From positions 2,914,001-2,978,000 of the forward strand of contig NC_027218.1 in assembly GCF_000981445.1 (NCBI RefSeq): a stretch of DNA of 64,000 nt. Direction: 5' to 3'. The notes beneath the pieces were generated by a model. It saw only the letters and a list, made by a program, of their open reading frames with translations, had not been told where the DNA came from and made no database searches. The DNA comes from Babesia bigemina. Taxonomy: Eukaryota. A program made the position numbers and the translations under genes. Shown here piece by piece: positions 23,330 to 35,300 of the stretch. Each line of letters begins with the position of its first letter. Within the stretch, counting starts at the first letter, position 1.

Positions 23330-24897
23330 ATGTACCTTCCACACGAGGTGGGTTGTGTTTTCGTATCAGCCTTCGACGCAACTCTGCTCCTTCGTTTAGT
23401 CTCGATCTACGAAGGCCGATGTGTTACTGGGCTCATTATTCGGGTGTAATATTGGGATGTGTATAGTGGTTGTGCCTCCGCTCATCTCTCCGCAGATCAA
23501 CCGCATCAAGGACCAGCGACGCCTCCGGCAACGGGGCATCGCCGACCCCTCTGACCTCGGTTTCGGTGACGCCGGTCTCGATTATGACGAGAAGTCGGCA
23601 GTAGGGGCCGCTGGAGATGCGGAGGTAGGTGTCTTTAGGTTGCCGGGCTCCTTTTGGAGCCATCGCAACGTTGGATCGGATACACCTTCCTCAGGGCGAC
23701 GACCGTGTTGCGGATGAGGGCGGGATCACGATAGAGCCGTTCCACATGCGCCGCGAGATGCAGGAGGGCGCATTCGACACGGAGGGGACTTACGTTGAGA
23801 GCAACCGGAAGATGACCTCGACGAACAGGTCCCTCAACCGGGACGAGGGTGACGACCCTTGGGTTGCATCCCTCGAGGAGCAGAATTCACTGTCATTTAA
23901 GGTACGCTATCAGTGTTTGTATGCCAGTTTTACGTGTCTGCAGGCTGAAAATGGCGCGTTTTACGCAAAGCAGCCGGTGCGCGCCTCTGCGTCAACTCCC
24001 GACCTCATGGAGCAGCTGCAGGACGTCCCTACAATCGACGTCATCAAGAGGCTCATCACGTTGCTGGAGCCGGGAGAGACGCCGGTGGATGCGCTCAAGG
24101 TTAAGCGCCAGCAATCAGGCAAACGTTGCCTGCCTGGCTTTCGTAAACAGGAGCGGGATGCGGCGGACGCCAGTGCGGCCAGTCAAGGAGCCGAATCAAA
24201 GCATAAGAAAGAGACAGGGCCTAAAGACCTCAGCAAATACGACGTGTCTGACCTTGCGCACGTGCTCACAATCACCTGGCAGAACGTGTACTACATGACG
24301 AAGGAGGACATACGCAATGCGCTTGCCGCGGCGAAAAACCGACCCAAACGCGGCGGCAAGTCGGCGCCCCCCACGCGATACCAGTTCCGGTGGGTGCGCG
24401 GAGACGGCGTTGTATACGGCCCATGTTCGGAGGTCGAGGTACTGTCCTGGATCGCGCACGACTACGTCTCCGACGACAACCCCATTGAGCTCAGAGAGGT
24501 GGGCCCGGACGGCACGCCACTGGACGAGGAGTGGGTCGGCCACAGGGACACGCCACTCTACAATTTCCTGAACCCGGGTGCTGAGCTGCCTGGTGGCGTT
24601 AAAAGGGGTCGGGCTGACGTTGGCGGAAACGCCGCATCCGACACCGCCGACAAGGTTGCATCAGGCGACAACGAGAGCAATATCGCCACCTCAGGAGGAG
24701 GTGCGGGTGAAAGTAACGGTGTCGGAGGTGATCCCTCCACGGGAGTTAACGAGGAAGAGAGCGATGACGACGACGATGATGGCACATTTGCCAAACGACG
24801 CCGAAAAGACGAACTCATCGGAATCAAACCGAGTACCAAGAAGGCAGACGAAGATTCCGGAGGATCTGACGATGACGACGAGCCGGACATCGAATGA
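23330..24897 (+). CDS. CD2BP2: CD2BP2/LIN1 (U5-52K)-like spliceosomal GYF-domain protein
   Basis: GITIEPFHMRREMQEGAFDTEGTYV, DPWVASL, LLEPGETPVDALK and the GYF-like YQFRW...VYGP...W...DY. The first exon (MYLPHE) is inferred. Confidence 0.8.
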
Positions 24898-24935
24898 AGC
24901 TAGTGTGAAGCAACACCAACTCATTTAATATCGCA

Positions 24936-26087
24936 TTAGCCCTGCGGCAGAGTTAGCACATCGCAGCCGGTGTCCGTGACCAGGACCGTGTGTTCGAACT
25001 GCGCGCAAAAGCCGGCATCGCAAGTGGCGATGGTCCACCCGTCGTCCCAGGTGTAGATGGCGGGGTCGCCCTGGCAAATGATGGGCTCAATGGTGAACAC
25101 CTGCCCCGCCTGCATCACCCCAGGCGTTGAGCTGGGGTGCTTGAACTGCACCATCGGCGGCATGTGCATGAGCTCGCCGATGAAGTGGCCGCCAAACTCC
25201 CGCACCACGCCGAATCCAAAGGCGGCAGCATGCGAGGTCACGATCTCGGCCAGCCGCGCGAACTCGACGCCGGGAGCAACAGCAGCCACTGCCTTGTCTG
25301 CGCACTCCTGCGATGTGTTGCAAAACACTGAGCAACAAACAAACCTTGGCCACGCGTACCAGCGTGTTGACGGCCTCAGTGGCCTCACCCACTATGGCTG
25401 TGGCGGCGCAGTCTCCGAACACGCCGTCGTGGAACACCGTGCAGTCGTACGATACCACGTCGCCGCGCGTGAATGGACGCGTGTCGGGTATGCCGTGGCA
25501 GGCCACCTCGTTCACCGAAATGCATATCGCCTTCGGGAACCCGTGGAAGCCCACGCCAGCCGGGTACGCGCCTCTCGACACGATGAATTCCTGCCCCAAG
25601 CGATCAATGTCCTCCGCAGTAGCGCCTTCAGCGGTTGCATCCATGCACCGCTTTAGGCAGTCGGCAGCTACGCGTGCCGCTGCGCGCATAGCCGCGATCT
25701 GCTGAGCATTCTTTACCTCCGCATGTACGCAGGGCTGGGAGTAGTACGCACGTAACTCGCTCTCGTTGCGGGAAGCGGCGTACGGCGGGCGTGTGATATG
25801 CGCCGGAATGGGCTGTGGCGGCAGCACCTGGTACGCTCCTGAGCATGTGTTATACAGACGTAACAACGATTGACGTCGGCCGACTTCAGCCGGGGCCATC
25901 ATGGAAACGTAAACAAAACTCAGCCATCCAGTCTAGTTGGGCCAAAAACCGTTAACTTACCTTGACGTAGGGTCGGGGTGAACTGTTTTTTCTTAGAAGC
26001 TGACAACAACGATCCAAACGGCGTCCGCTCGAGGATGAGCTTCGGGGAGAGGAAGGATCGCCCGAAAAGGGCACGGGAGATAGTCAT
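24936..26087 (-). CDS. MAP1: Methionine aminopeptidase type I, probably organelle-targeted
   Basis: [22 protein letters not shown]...GD, FGGHFIG, FTIEPI and [10 protein letters not shown] metal-binding motifs. Basic/hydroxylated N-terminal extension. Two introns. Confidence 0.93.
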
Positions 26088-26288
26088 CCTTTCATTTACT
26101 ATCGGTTATTGGCATAATGTCAGATGTGAAATATGTGCGATAAATGCCTCTCATTGATGTTGCCAAAGGCGGCAACCGTACCGTCTGTGGCGACCGGTTC
26201 CCCAGGGCACTCCCTAGGCGGTAATAGGGGCTTAATACGGCACAATTGTTGTTCTTGACGCTGCACAGTCATATAAGCGTCGGTAATT

Positions 26289-27081
26289 ATGGCCCCGCGG
26301 CCACACCTCCGCCTGAGCGCGGAGCATCTGGTTATGTTCCAGTAGGTTTACGCACAAAGCGCCGCGTACACATCGCCCGTTTTCGACGGCCGGCGATAGC
26401 TGTCGCTTCACATCCGTACACATCGCGTTTAGGAACCACTTCAAGCTGGTAGACAGCAACGGAGATGGTTGCATCAACCAGTCCGAGGTGCGTTTGCATC
26501 AGTGGCATAGACAGCTCTCTGCAGTTCAGGCTGCTCTTCCGGTCGTTCGGCCAGGTCATAACGAACAAACGTCTCGACCAGATAGTCGAGGGTAAGTTGA
26601 TGGTCAACGCGGAAGTCGCTAATATTGTTGCAGAGGCGTTCAAGAACGCACCGTCAACAGGTACGGACGTGCACTGTAAACATATGCACGGCCTTCAGGT
26701 GTGGACTTCGAGGCATTCGTGAACATTTTCGTGCAACACTTCACCCCGCCGCCCACGGAGCGGGCGGTGAGGGAGGCCCTGATGCTGTTCGACAAGAATA
26801 ACACAGGTGAGTGCAGCTTCTGGCCGTTGCGGGGACCCGCATGCGTACACCGCTGTCACTAAGCAAGCCCAATGCTCCGAATTCATCGACGCTCAGGCTT
26901 CATCGACACGAGGGAGCTCATCAGGCTGCTCACGACGCGCGGAGAGAAGCTCGAGCAATCGGAGGTTAACTACCTCTTCGAGCTGCTCGGCATCCCGCAG
27001 AGCACCCAGCGCATAGACTACGTCACATTCGTCGAAGACATATATCGCATGCTGCCAATATTACCAAACCGAAAGGTCTGA
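26289..27081 (+). CDS. Calmodulin-like EF-hand protein / myosin light-chain-like, ~6 exons
   Basis: Spliced translation FKLVDSNGDGCINQSEF...VDFEAFV...ALMLFDKNNTGFIDTREL...GEKLEQSEV...IDYVTFV. Confidence 0.85.
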
Positions 27082-27103
27082 GAGCGCACTATAGCCAGAC
27101 AGC

Positions 27104-27578
27104 CTAAGCCTTAACGTCGGACTCGGTGTACTTAGATTTCATGGCCGCCTGTCCCTTGCGCTCGAGAATGCGGTGGCGATCCTTGTCCATGCGCAGCTTC
27201 GTGATGATCACGTTGCTGGGGTGGATGCCCACCTGAACGCTCTCACCGTTGTTCTTGTCGGTGGTGATGCGCTCAATGTAGATCTTCCACTTCTTACGAT
27301 AGACCTGGGTGACCTTGCCCTCGCGGTCGTGGTAGTGGCCACGCACGACCATCACGGAGTCGTCCTTACGGATGGGCATGGAGCGCACCTTGTACTTCTG
27401 GCGCAGCTCCTTCGACAGCGCGGCGCTCATGATGATGCGCCTCTTGCACGACGGCGCCGTGAAGTGGGCCTTGCGGGACTTCCTGCGGCTAGAAGACACC
27501 TCTGCACAAATAATTAGCGGGTTTAAAACACGGTCGTCGGTGACGCGAAAGCGGTGACTTACTTCTGCTGACCTTCAT
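27104..27578 (-). CDS. RPL26: 60S ribosomal protein L26 (uL24)
   Basis: [32 protein letters not shown] and [11 protein letters not shown]. One short coding intron near the 5' end and a probable 5'-UTR intron at 27607-27775. Confidence 0.97.
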
Positions 27579-28182
27579 CCTGACGATATACGATAAATCC
27601 GAGAACCTGCGGCCGATATGATCCCAAAATATGTGAAAACAAAAGCAACACGAATGAAGTGTGCAATTTGGCCGCACGCGGTCAACGGGCTGCCGCGTTA
27701 CACGTCAAACTCGCGACACCGCGGAGGGCTCAGGCACGCGCACGAAACGGCGGGCTGTACAGGCCGCGAACATACCTAACGATTCGCAGTCCAACAGTGT
27801 CGTTCTTGTCCGATATATTCGGCTAATAGGTCTTTGATATTCCGCGGAGGCGACGCGGCTGCCGGGGTTACGTGACCTATGGGGTGAGCGTTCGGCGGAG
27901 GGTCCCACCGACAGTAACCAAATATTCGCTGTCTCAACTATGTGTAACGACAATTGATGCTTAAACGCAACTACACCACAACGCGAACACGTCGTGTTGC
28001 CGCGGAAGCGGTGGCGCTGCCAAATGGCGTTGATCTTATGTGCACATCGCCGGCTACGTGCTCCGTGCGGATGCCGCCCATAGCAGCTTATAAGTTAGCC
28101 TAGTTCGACAAAAGCCGGCACTTCTAGCGTCACTAGAGGCTCGTTCGCGTCGCTGTGCGTAAAAAAAATAGGCCAAAAGTGG

Positions 28183-28262
28183 TGACAAGAGTGGGGTTCG
28201 AACCCACGCCATTACTGACAACGGCCTTAACGTTGCGCCTTAGACCACTCGGCCATCTTGTC
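28183..28262 (-). tRNA. trnL: tRNA-Leu (AAG)
   Basis: GACAAGATGGCCGAGTGGTCTAAGGCGCAACGTT-AAG-GCCGTTG...GGTTCGAACCCCACTCTTGTCA: cloverleaf with long variable arm and A/B boxes, followed by CCA and a T run. Confidence 0.97.
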
Positions 28263-28428
28263 CTGACGATGGCCTTAAATTATGTGTTAATATTAAGCCT
28301 CTATGAGTTGCACTGAAAAACGTTGAGTCAATTTTTTCACAAGGGTGGAAATAAATGAACCACTGCGAGGGCCACTGCGTCGCTGCCGAAACATATAGCC
28401 ATAAGCCGGCGGTGCGCGGAAAAGATGG

Positions 28429-28508
28429 TGACAAGAGTGGGGTTCGAACCCACGCCATTACTGACAGCGGCCTAAACGCTGCGCCTTAGACCACTCGGCC
28501 ATCTTGCC
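28429..28508 (-). tRNA. trnL: tRNA-Leu (TAG)
   Basis: Near-identical paralog with anticodon arm CAGCG-TT TAG GC-CGCTG, followed by CCA and TTTT. Confidence 0.97.
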
Positions 28509-28660
28509 TACCTAGGGGACCCGATTTTTCAGGTTAGGTGACGATAATATTTTCCTATCACTGACACACATGCCGCTTTGGCTGGCTAGCGCAGTTCATG
28601 AAATTCATGGATCACTCTGATAAATTTTAGCCGTTTATTCGGATACCATATATTGCGAAT

Positions 28661-31600
28661 ATGGCGGATTCCAACGCTCTTGCCGCGTGGCACACACCCA
28701 GCAATGTGCTCTACGTCAACTGTCTCTTGGACATCGGCAGGGGAGAGTGGATGTCGCCCAGTACCGCCAACCACTTCAAGGGGAAGCGTACAAAGGACAT
28801 CGTGAAATATAAGTGCATCATCCGGAAGCACAATCGCAGTAGGTTGTCGCGTGCACGTTGTACCTTGATGTGTCGTTGAATCTCAGCTACACTGGCGTTC
28901 TGTGCGGTATTTTGCCTTCATTGTCGTTGGTGACGCGTGGAAGGTCAGCCTTCCACGGATTTTGACGTGTACTACGCGACTAATACGATCCCGTTACATT
29001 GCCTGTGCTTTTGTCTAATACTATGATTTAAGCCAGAACTGTACTAGTGGTGTGTTGTATGGATTAATCACGGTTTGCGCGAATTCTAAATACGATTGCA
29101 GCTGCCGTGCAGTGCCAAAAATGCCAGAGAAGCATCGGCAAGAACGACGTCATTGTCGGCATCCCAATTAAGAGCATACGTGGCCCATACGGCTTTATTT
29201 CACTTTGGAGGCACGTAGATTGCGCTGTCCCGGCGCTGGTGTGCATATTCGAGCTACAGAGCTCCAAGGCATCGCAAGCAGCTACTGGCAAAACACTTGC
29301 CAAGCAGGACGGGGAAGCTGGCACTCATAAAGATAATGCAGGAGCATCCAAGAGCGGTAAAGATCTGCCTTCATCGGGTGTCAAGACCAGGAGAGGCCGG
29401 AAACCAAAGGTTGAAGCGACAACCAAGGATGAGGCGGCAGCCAGCAGTGCTGATGCTCCGAAATCCGACGGTGCCAAGGCCAAGGGGAAAACTGCGAAGG
29501 GCAAGGCTGCTAAAGCGGCAAAGGATGAATCTGGGGACAAGGAAGATTCTAAGGGTCAGTTTATATGTCAATATTAATGGAATTCATCGCAGGTACAGAC
29601 GAGACAGGTAAAGGGAAAGAGGAACCTGATCCCCTTATGGCTCAGCTTGTCGAGCATGCGTACGGTTTCGATAGCCTTGGCGCCTTGCAGAAAGTCGTTG
29701 TCGCAAAAATTAGGCTAGCAATGGAATATCCGGACGAGTTAGACGAGGAGTTCGAAATTAGGGACGCAGTTGAGACGGTAGCCATCACCCCGGAGCTGGA
29801 GTCGCTGCCACAACCGCCCGAGTTGCTCGTGCCTTTGTTGCCATTCCAGAGGGTAGGGTGCAAGCTTGTGACAATTAACGGTGTTTCAGGACGGAGTCAC
29901 GTGGATGTACCACCAAGAGAAGGGGCCAGTCAAAGGGGGGATATTGGCAGATGAAATGGGAATGGGCAAAACCATACAAACAATTGCTCTCCTGATCGCT
30001 GCGAAGCGTGATGCGCTGCTAGCGCAGCAGAAGGCGCAAGCAATAGAATCCGGCGCCGATGCTGCTGGGAAGTCAACATCGAGGAAAGGAAGCGCTTCTA
30101 GTAGTAAAGAGGCACCGCAGGTAGATTCGCAAGTGACGTACAAGCCAGAAAGTAAACCTGAAAGCAAAGGTAAAAAGGGTAAGAAGTCGGACAAGAAGGA
30201 TGCCAAGAACGTTTCTATGCTCAACCGTCGGGGTTGCACGCTTATAGTCTCACCTCTTGCGGCGCTGCTCCAGTGGTACAACGAAATAAAAACCAAAGTC
30301 GCAGATGGCTACTTGTCGGTGTTGCTTTACCATGGGCCGTGAGTTGTGCACATTCGCCGCTTGACAGCGCCTCTCAGGCACCGAAAGAGCTTGACGCATG
30401 TGCTGCACGAGTATGACGTGGTTCTCACCACGTACGCCATCGTGGAAGCTGAGTTCAGAAAGGTGCAGAACAAGAGCAAGATAGCGTGTGAGGTTGGTTG
30501 ATTGCACTTCATATGTTCAAAGCGCGTGTAGTTTTGCGGTCGCATGTACCTTCATAAAACGCTCGTCCTGCACCAGAAATACTTCTGCGGACCAACTGCG
30601 ATACGTACGGAAAAGCAGCGGCTTAGTGAGCGGAAGGCCGACTCAGGCTCAATCGTGCTCAAGATTCACGCCCGGTTGTTCCCTGACATCAAGAAAGCTG
30701 TAGACGAGATCAACGCCAAAAAGGGCGAAGCTGACAATGAAGCATATGAAGATGATGACAACGATTCGTCTGGATCACCGGTAGGGACTTTTGGGATACA
30801 ATAATTTGCATTGTTTGTAGAAACGGCAGAAAGTTGAAGTGGAAATGGAAGTGGAAGAGGAGGATCCCGAGGACGAAGACTACTTTGGGGCCAAGCTTCT
30901 GAAAATTGTAGGTCGAACTATCATGTGACACCAAAATGTTCTATAGGAGATCACGGACGCTTTCACTACATTGGGTATACCTGAAAAGGATGTTGAGTCG
31001 GCTTTGGGGTCGCTGAGCAGTGGTGTCAAAGTATTCGTGGAGCAGCTAAAGGTCCTGGCAGAGAAAAGCAACGTCAGAGAGATGAAACAGCTCGAGCTTT
31101 TGGAAAGGTTTGCCTCTTCTGATGAGTTGGACATGGGCCTGCTCAAGTCCACAAGGGTGGTGGAGCTAAAGTCTCTGTTGGGACACTTCGGTTTGAGTGC
31201 TTTTGGTTCCAAAACCGAATTGATCAACAAGGTCATTGTCTTCATTAATAAGATGCGTCGACTGAGCGAGCAATATTCAGAAGCATCGATTGCTACGAAA
31301 TCCGCTGAAAATAAGCTTCCTATCGGCGTCACGGGAGGTAGCCCTGATGGGGACATGCAGAATGTGAGGGTAAAACTGGAATTTGATGAAAGCAGTATAA
31401 AGAAGCTAGTGTCTAAGAAGAAGATACTTGATAATGAAGAAGCTATTCCTGATTATGATGCCACACCCAGCTCAATGGCCACCATAGAAGCCGACAACGC
31501 GGAATCAGACGGCAGTTATGAAGACGACGAAGAAGCTACAGTCGTCCGACGAAGGTTGAGGTCTGGGACAACACATAAAGACAAGGAAGCAAGCACAAGT

Positions 31601-33527
31601 GGCGGCAAATCAGGCCGTGATATGAAACGCAAGAGGGAATCGATTAGCAACACTGCAATAAAGGTGAAGCTGGAGGATGGGACCGGCGATGGATTGGCAA
31701 CCCAGCTACCGGAGAAAGCAACCGAAATAAAGGTCAAAATGGAACCAGACAGTGCGAACACGAACGTATATAAGCCTTTGAAAAGCCATGTCAAGAAGGA
31801 AACTGTCGATCAAAAGAGGCTTAAACCTCTTCCTTCTGCATCTGATGAAACTATCTGCGAGGGGAGCGTTTTGCATGAAATGGTTTGGGACCGTATAGTG
31901 ATAGATGAGGCGCACAGGATCAAAACAAAATCTAACTCGACCTCTCAGGTTAGTTTTGTATCTAAATTAGCCAATCAATGGAAACTCAGGCGATAATACG
32001 TCTGAGATCATCAGGGTCCAGGTGGTGCCTGACCGGGACCCCGCTACAAAACAGGGTCGGCGATGTCTTCAGCCTCATCAGCTTCCTTAAAATGTACCCA
32101 TTTGCGCATAATTTCTGCGGAAAGTATGGCTGTAGTTGCGAGTGTACCGAGTTCTCGTGTTCGGACTTCAAGTATTGTGACTTCTGCGGCCACTCGCGGA
32201 TCTTGCACTACTCCTACTTTAACAAGCGCATCCTAAAGCCAATTCTCAGCTGCGGGTATAGTAACGAAGGTCAGGTGGCGATGAGTGCACTGCACAACGA
32301 TGTCCTCGGTAAGATCATGCTGAGAAGGACGAAGGCAGAGAGAGCAAAGGACGTTAATCTGCCACCAATGCACGTTACCATACGCAGAGATGTACTGTCG
32401 GATTTCGAACGCGATTTCTACGAAGCGCTTTACAAACAGTCAGCCATAAAATTCGTAAGTTGATGCGCCCAGCCCTCGATCTAAATTTCATACAGGACAC
32501 CTATGCTCGCTCCGGCACGCTGCTCCACAACTACGCGCACATATTCGACCTGCTAACGAGGCTGCGACAGGCAGTGGACCATCCGTATTTGATTCTGTAT
32601 GGCCCCTCTTCGCTTGCAATGAAGGCAAGCAACGCACCGGACCCAAAGACGAAGGCGGAGCTCGAGGCGACTGTTAGTGAGAGCCTACCGGCGGCGGGAA
32701 GCGAGCGCAGCTGTGGACTTTGTTTCGATAAGCTTACGGATAGCGATGAGTTCTGTACGTCAAACTGCAAGCATTCATTTCATCAGCCGTGCCTTAACGA
32801 CTACCTCCAAAGCAGGCCCGATGACGTAACCGGAGACGATAACAATGTTGTGACCTGTCCCACATGTTATGCAGCGCTGACCATCAAGATACGTCATACC
32901 CCGCAGGTGGAGGAGGATTCACCCGCGCGAACTGGTAGCGATGCCGCGCCGCATGGCACATCCAAGCATAGCATCCTGCAGCACATCAAACTTAGCGAGT
33001 TCAAGTCCAGCACCAAGATCGAGGCGCTGTTCGCGGAAATTTCCGAGATCCTCACTACCACCACTGACAAGTGCCTTGTGTTCTCGCAGTACTGCTCGAT
33101 GCTGGAACTTATCTCATTCCGCCTCAAGACAGCACAGGTGCAATGTGCCGTGTTGGCAGGCTCCACCAGCCTCGAAGCTCGACGCAACATGTTGTTGGAA
33201 TTTAACAACAATCCCAACTTGCGGGTCATGTTGATCAGTCTTAAAGCAGGTGGCGAGGGTCTCAACCTTCAGATCGCGAACCGCATTTTTCTGATGGACC
33301 CCTGGTGGAACCCTGCATCCGAGCTTCAGGCCATTCAGCGGGCCCACCGCATCGGTCAGACAAAACCCGTGTATGCGGTGCGGTTTATCTGCAAGGACAC
33401 TATTGAAGAACGTATCATTGAGCTCCAGGAAAAGAAGATGATCGTGTTCGATGCCACCATATCATCTTCCGCGGAGTCCATGGCCAAGCTCAGCTCGGAG
33501 GACCTTTCTTTCCTGTTCAAACGATAA
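28661..33527 (+). CDS. RAD16: RAD16/Rhp16-like SNF2 helicase with RING finger, plus an N-terminal zf-PARP-like motif and an internal SAP-like motif; multi-exon
   Basis: [59 protein letters not shown]-x2-C...CKHSFHQPC...[23 protein letters not shown] and [11 protein letters not shown]. Confidence 0.92.
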
Positions 33528-33787
33528 TAGGGTGGAACAGGCCCAATACTGCCGTCCCTTGGATGTCAATTCTCATAAAGCTTGACATGCAGTGATCATA
33601 GCAATGGATCTGTAAATATAATGCATTAATAATATCAACAATAGTACTGATTACATGATGTCTTTTCTGGTTGATCAGTCCCTGTAACTGGATACGTGTG
33701 AAATGGCCAAATTTAATACTCGGGTTGCTCTACTACATTTAGATTACACAGTTTTTGCGATATTAAAGTTCCACGCAGCCCGTTAGG

Positions 33788-34318
33788 CTACATGAGGTCT
33801 TTGGACGGGAAGAATGAGTATGGATTAATGTCCATCTCCTCGGTAATATGCGTAATTTGGGGTGCGTCCAACTCCGACCTGGGAATGAATCGGAGCTTTC
33901 TAGCACCCAATATATTCGAGAAGTAGTCGTGCCATTTCCTGAAGTCGGGAGTTAAATGAGTAACGAGGTAATAAGTAAAGAAAGTGAGAAGAAGTACTGA
34001 GGCTAAACCTAAATATATTTTGCTCCGTCGACGTATACAACATCTACACGCACAATCCAGCAAACTGCCACAACCCGTACATTCTCTGACACACGGTTTA
34101 GCGACTTCCTTACCTACTTTCCCCGTGCCATCACCGTTACAGGAACAATTCAGAGACAGTTCAGTTTCACGTCCATATGCGTCTTGCACTTTGACCATCA
34201 CCGTAAGACAAATCGAACTTATATCAAATCTCATAAATCCCTTAAAGCCAGGACATGTGCCACAGCACTCACCCTGCACTCCAAAATCACTCAACCCAGT
34301 TACACATTGCACTTCCAC
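33788..34318 (-). CDS. Small Cys-rich single-TM protein (family member 1; start uncertain)
   Basis: CTGCGSLLDCACRCC, then TM IYLGLASVLLLTFFTYYLV and a ~45-aa tail. No clear ATG at the ORF start. Confidence 0.6.
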   Translation of the reverse strand: MEVQCVTGLSDFGVQGECCGTCPGFKGFMRFDISSICLTVMVKVQDAYGRETELSLNCSCNGDGTGKVGKEVAKPCVRECTGCGSLLDCACRCCIRRRSKIYLGLASVLLLTFFTYYLVTHLTPDFRKWHDYFSNILGARKLRFIPRSELDAPQITHITEEMDINPYSFFPSKDLM

Positions 34319-34895
34319 GACCGAAGCCTAAGTTGAGGAATGTAGTTGTCAGCATTGTAAAAATTCCATGTTACTCAACTGCAAAAAATAGAGTAACACA
34401 GACTGTATTCCAACGATCGTGTATTTCGTGTAGCGCCATGGGTGCGCTACCTGCTGTCTGGTTTAGCTACGGTGTGGCGTAGCAATGTTAGTAATAACTG
34501 CAATAGTACTCATAAACGTCTTCTAACCATGGCAGCAAGTGCACATCGAGTGGAAAAGATCCCGGTATCACGAAGCGTGCCGTCTACGGGCATGACTCTA
34601 CACATCATGTAGACACACACACAGTCAGTAAAATGATACCTTGGCATTCATCAGATGAGTTGAGACCTTGGGTGGAATTGCGATTTTCGGCTGCTGACGT
34701 GAAAGAGCAAGTGCCTGAGTCCTCTGTCTATTGTCCACATTGCATGACACCATCGACCTTGAAAACTCAGATGACATTCATTATTGAGAGAGTCGGTAAA
34801 ACGATGTAGACGTTGATATCATTATTCCCTATGTTGCTTGATTAGTGAGGCAATAAGCGATCGCTGGATGGAGGAGCTTATAATGAAGCGGAAGG

Positions 34896-35300
34896 TTATG
34901 AGTCCTGGCTAAATGCATTCACTACTGCAAGCCTCAGTTTATGAGCTTTGTCCGGATATTTGTACGCTACGATGACTAAGAGGACCAAGAAGGCGGTCAT
35001 TCCCAGTAATGCGCATAAGCGAACTATACACCCATGACACCTACAGGTAAACCAATTTTCACAACGCGGATAACTTGTATGAGTCCCTCTACGTTTTTCT
35101 CCGTTGTTTTGGCAATATTTGCACTCAGAGTATTTTTTACAACACCAGGAACAGCACTTGCAAATGTGCTCTGTACATTGATTTTCACATGAACAATAAC
35201 AACATTTACATTTATTATCAGATTGGCAACCTTTATTCTCGCAACACTGAGCTCTTCCATTAGAGCACGAACTTTCTTTACATTCGCAACGCTGTGACAT
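34896..35300 (-). CDS. Small Cys/Lys-rich single-TM protein (family member 2)
   Basis: MSQRCECKESSC...CKCCSWCCKK...CRCHGC, then TM LCALLGMTAFLVLLVIVAY. ATG at 35300 in AAGATG context. Confidence 0.75.
   Translation of the reverse strand: MSQRCECKESSCSNGRAQCCENKGCQSDNKCKCCYCSCENQCTEHICKCCSWCCKKYSECKYCQNNGEKRRGTHTSYPRCENWFTCRCHGCIVRLCALLGMTAFLVLLVIVAYKYPDKAHKLRLAVVNAFSQDS

Noticed and set aside
9366..33527. Apparent functional clustering (CSA and RAD16; RPN6, USP14 and Derlin)
   Set aside because: The genes are interspersed with unrelated ones on both strands, and there is no evidence for operon-like organisation in this eukaryote.
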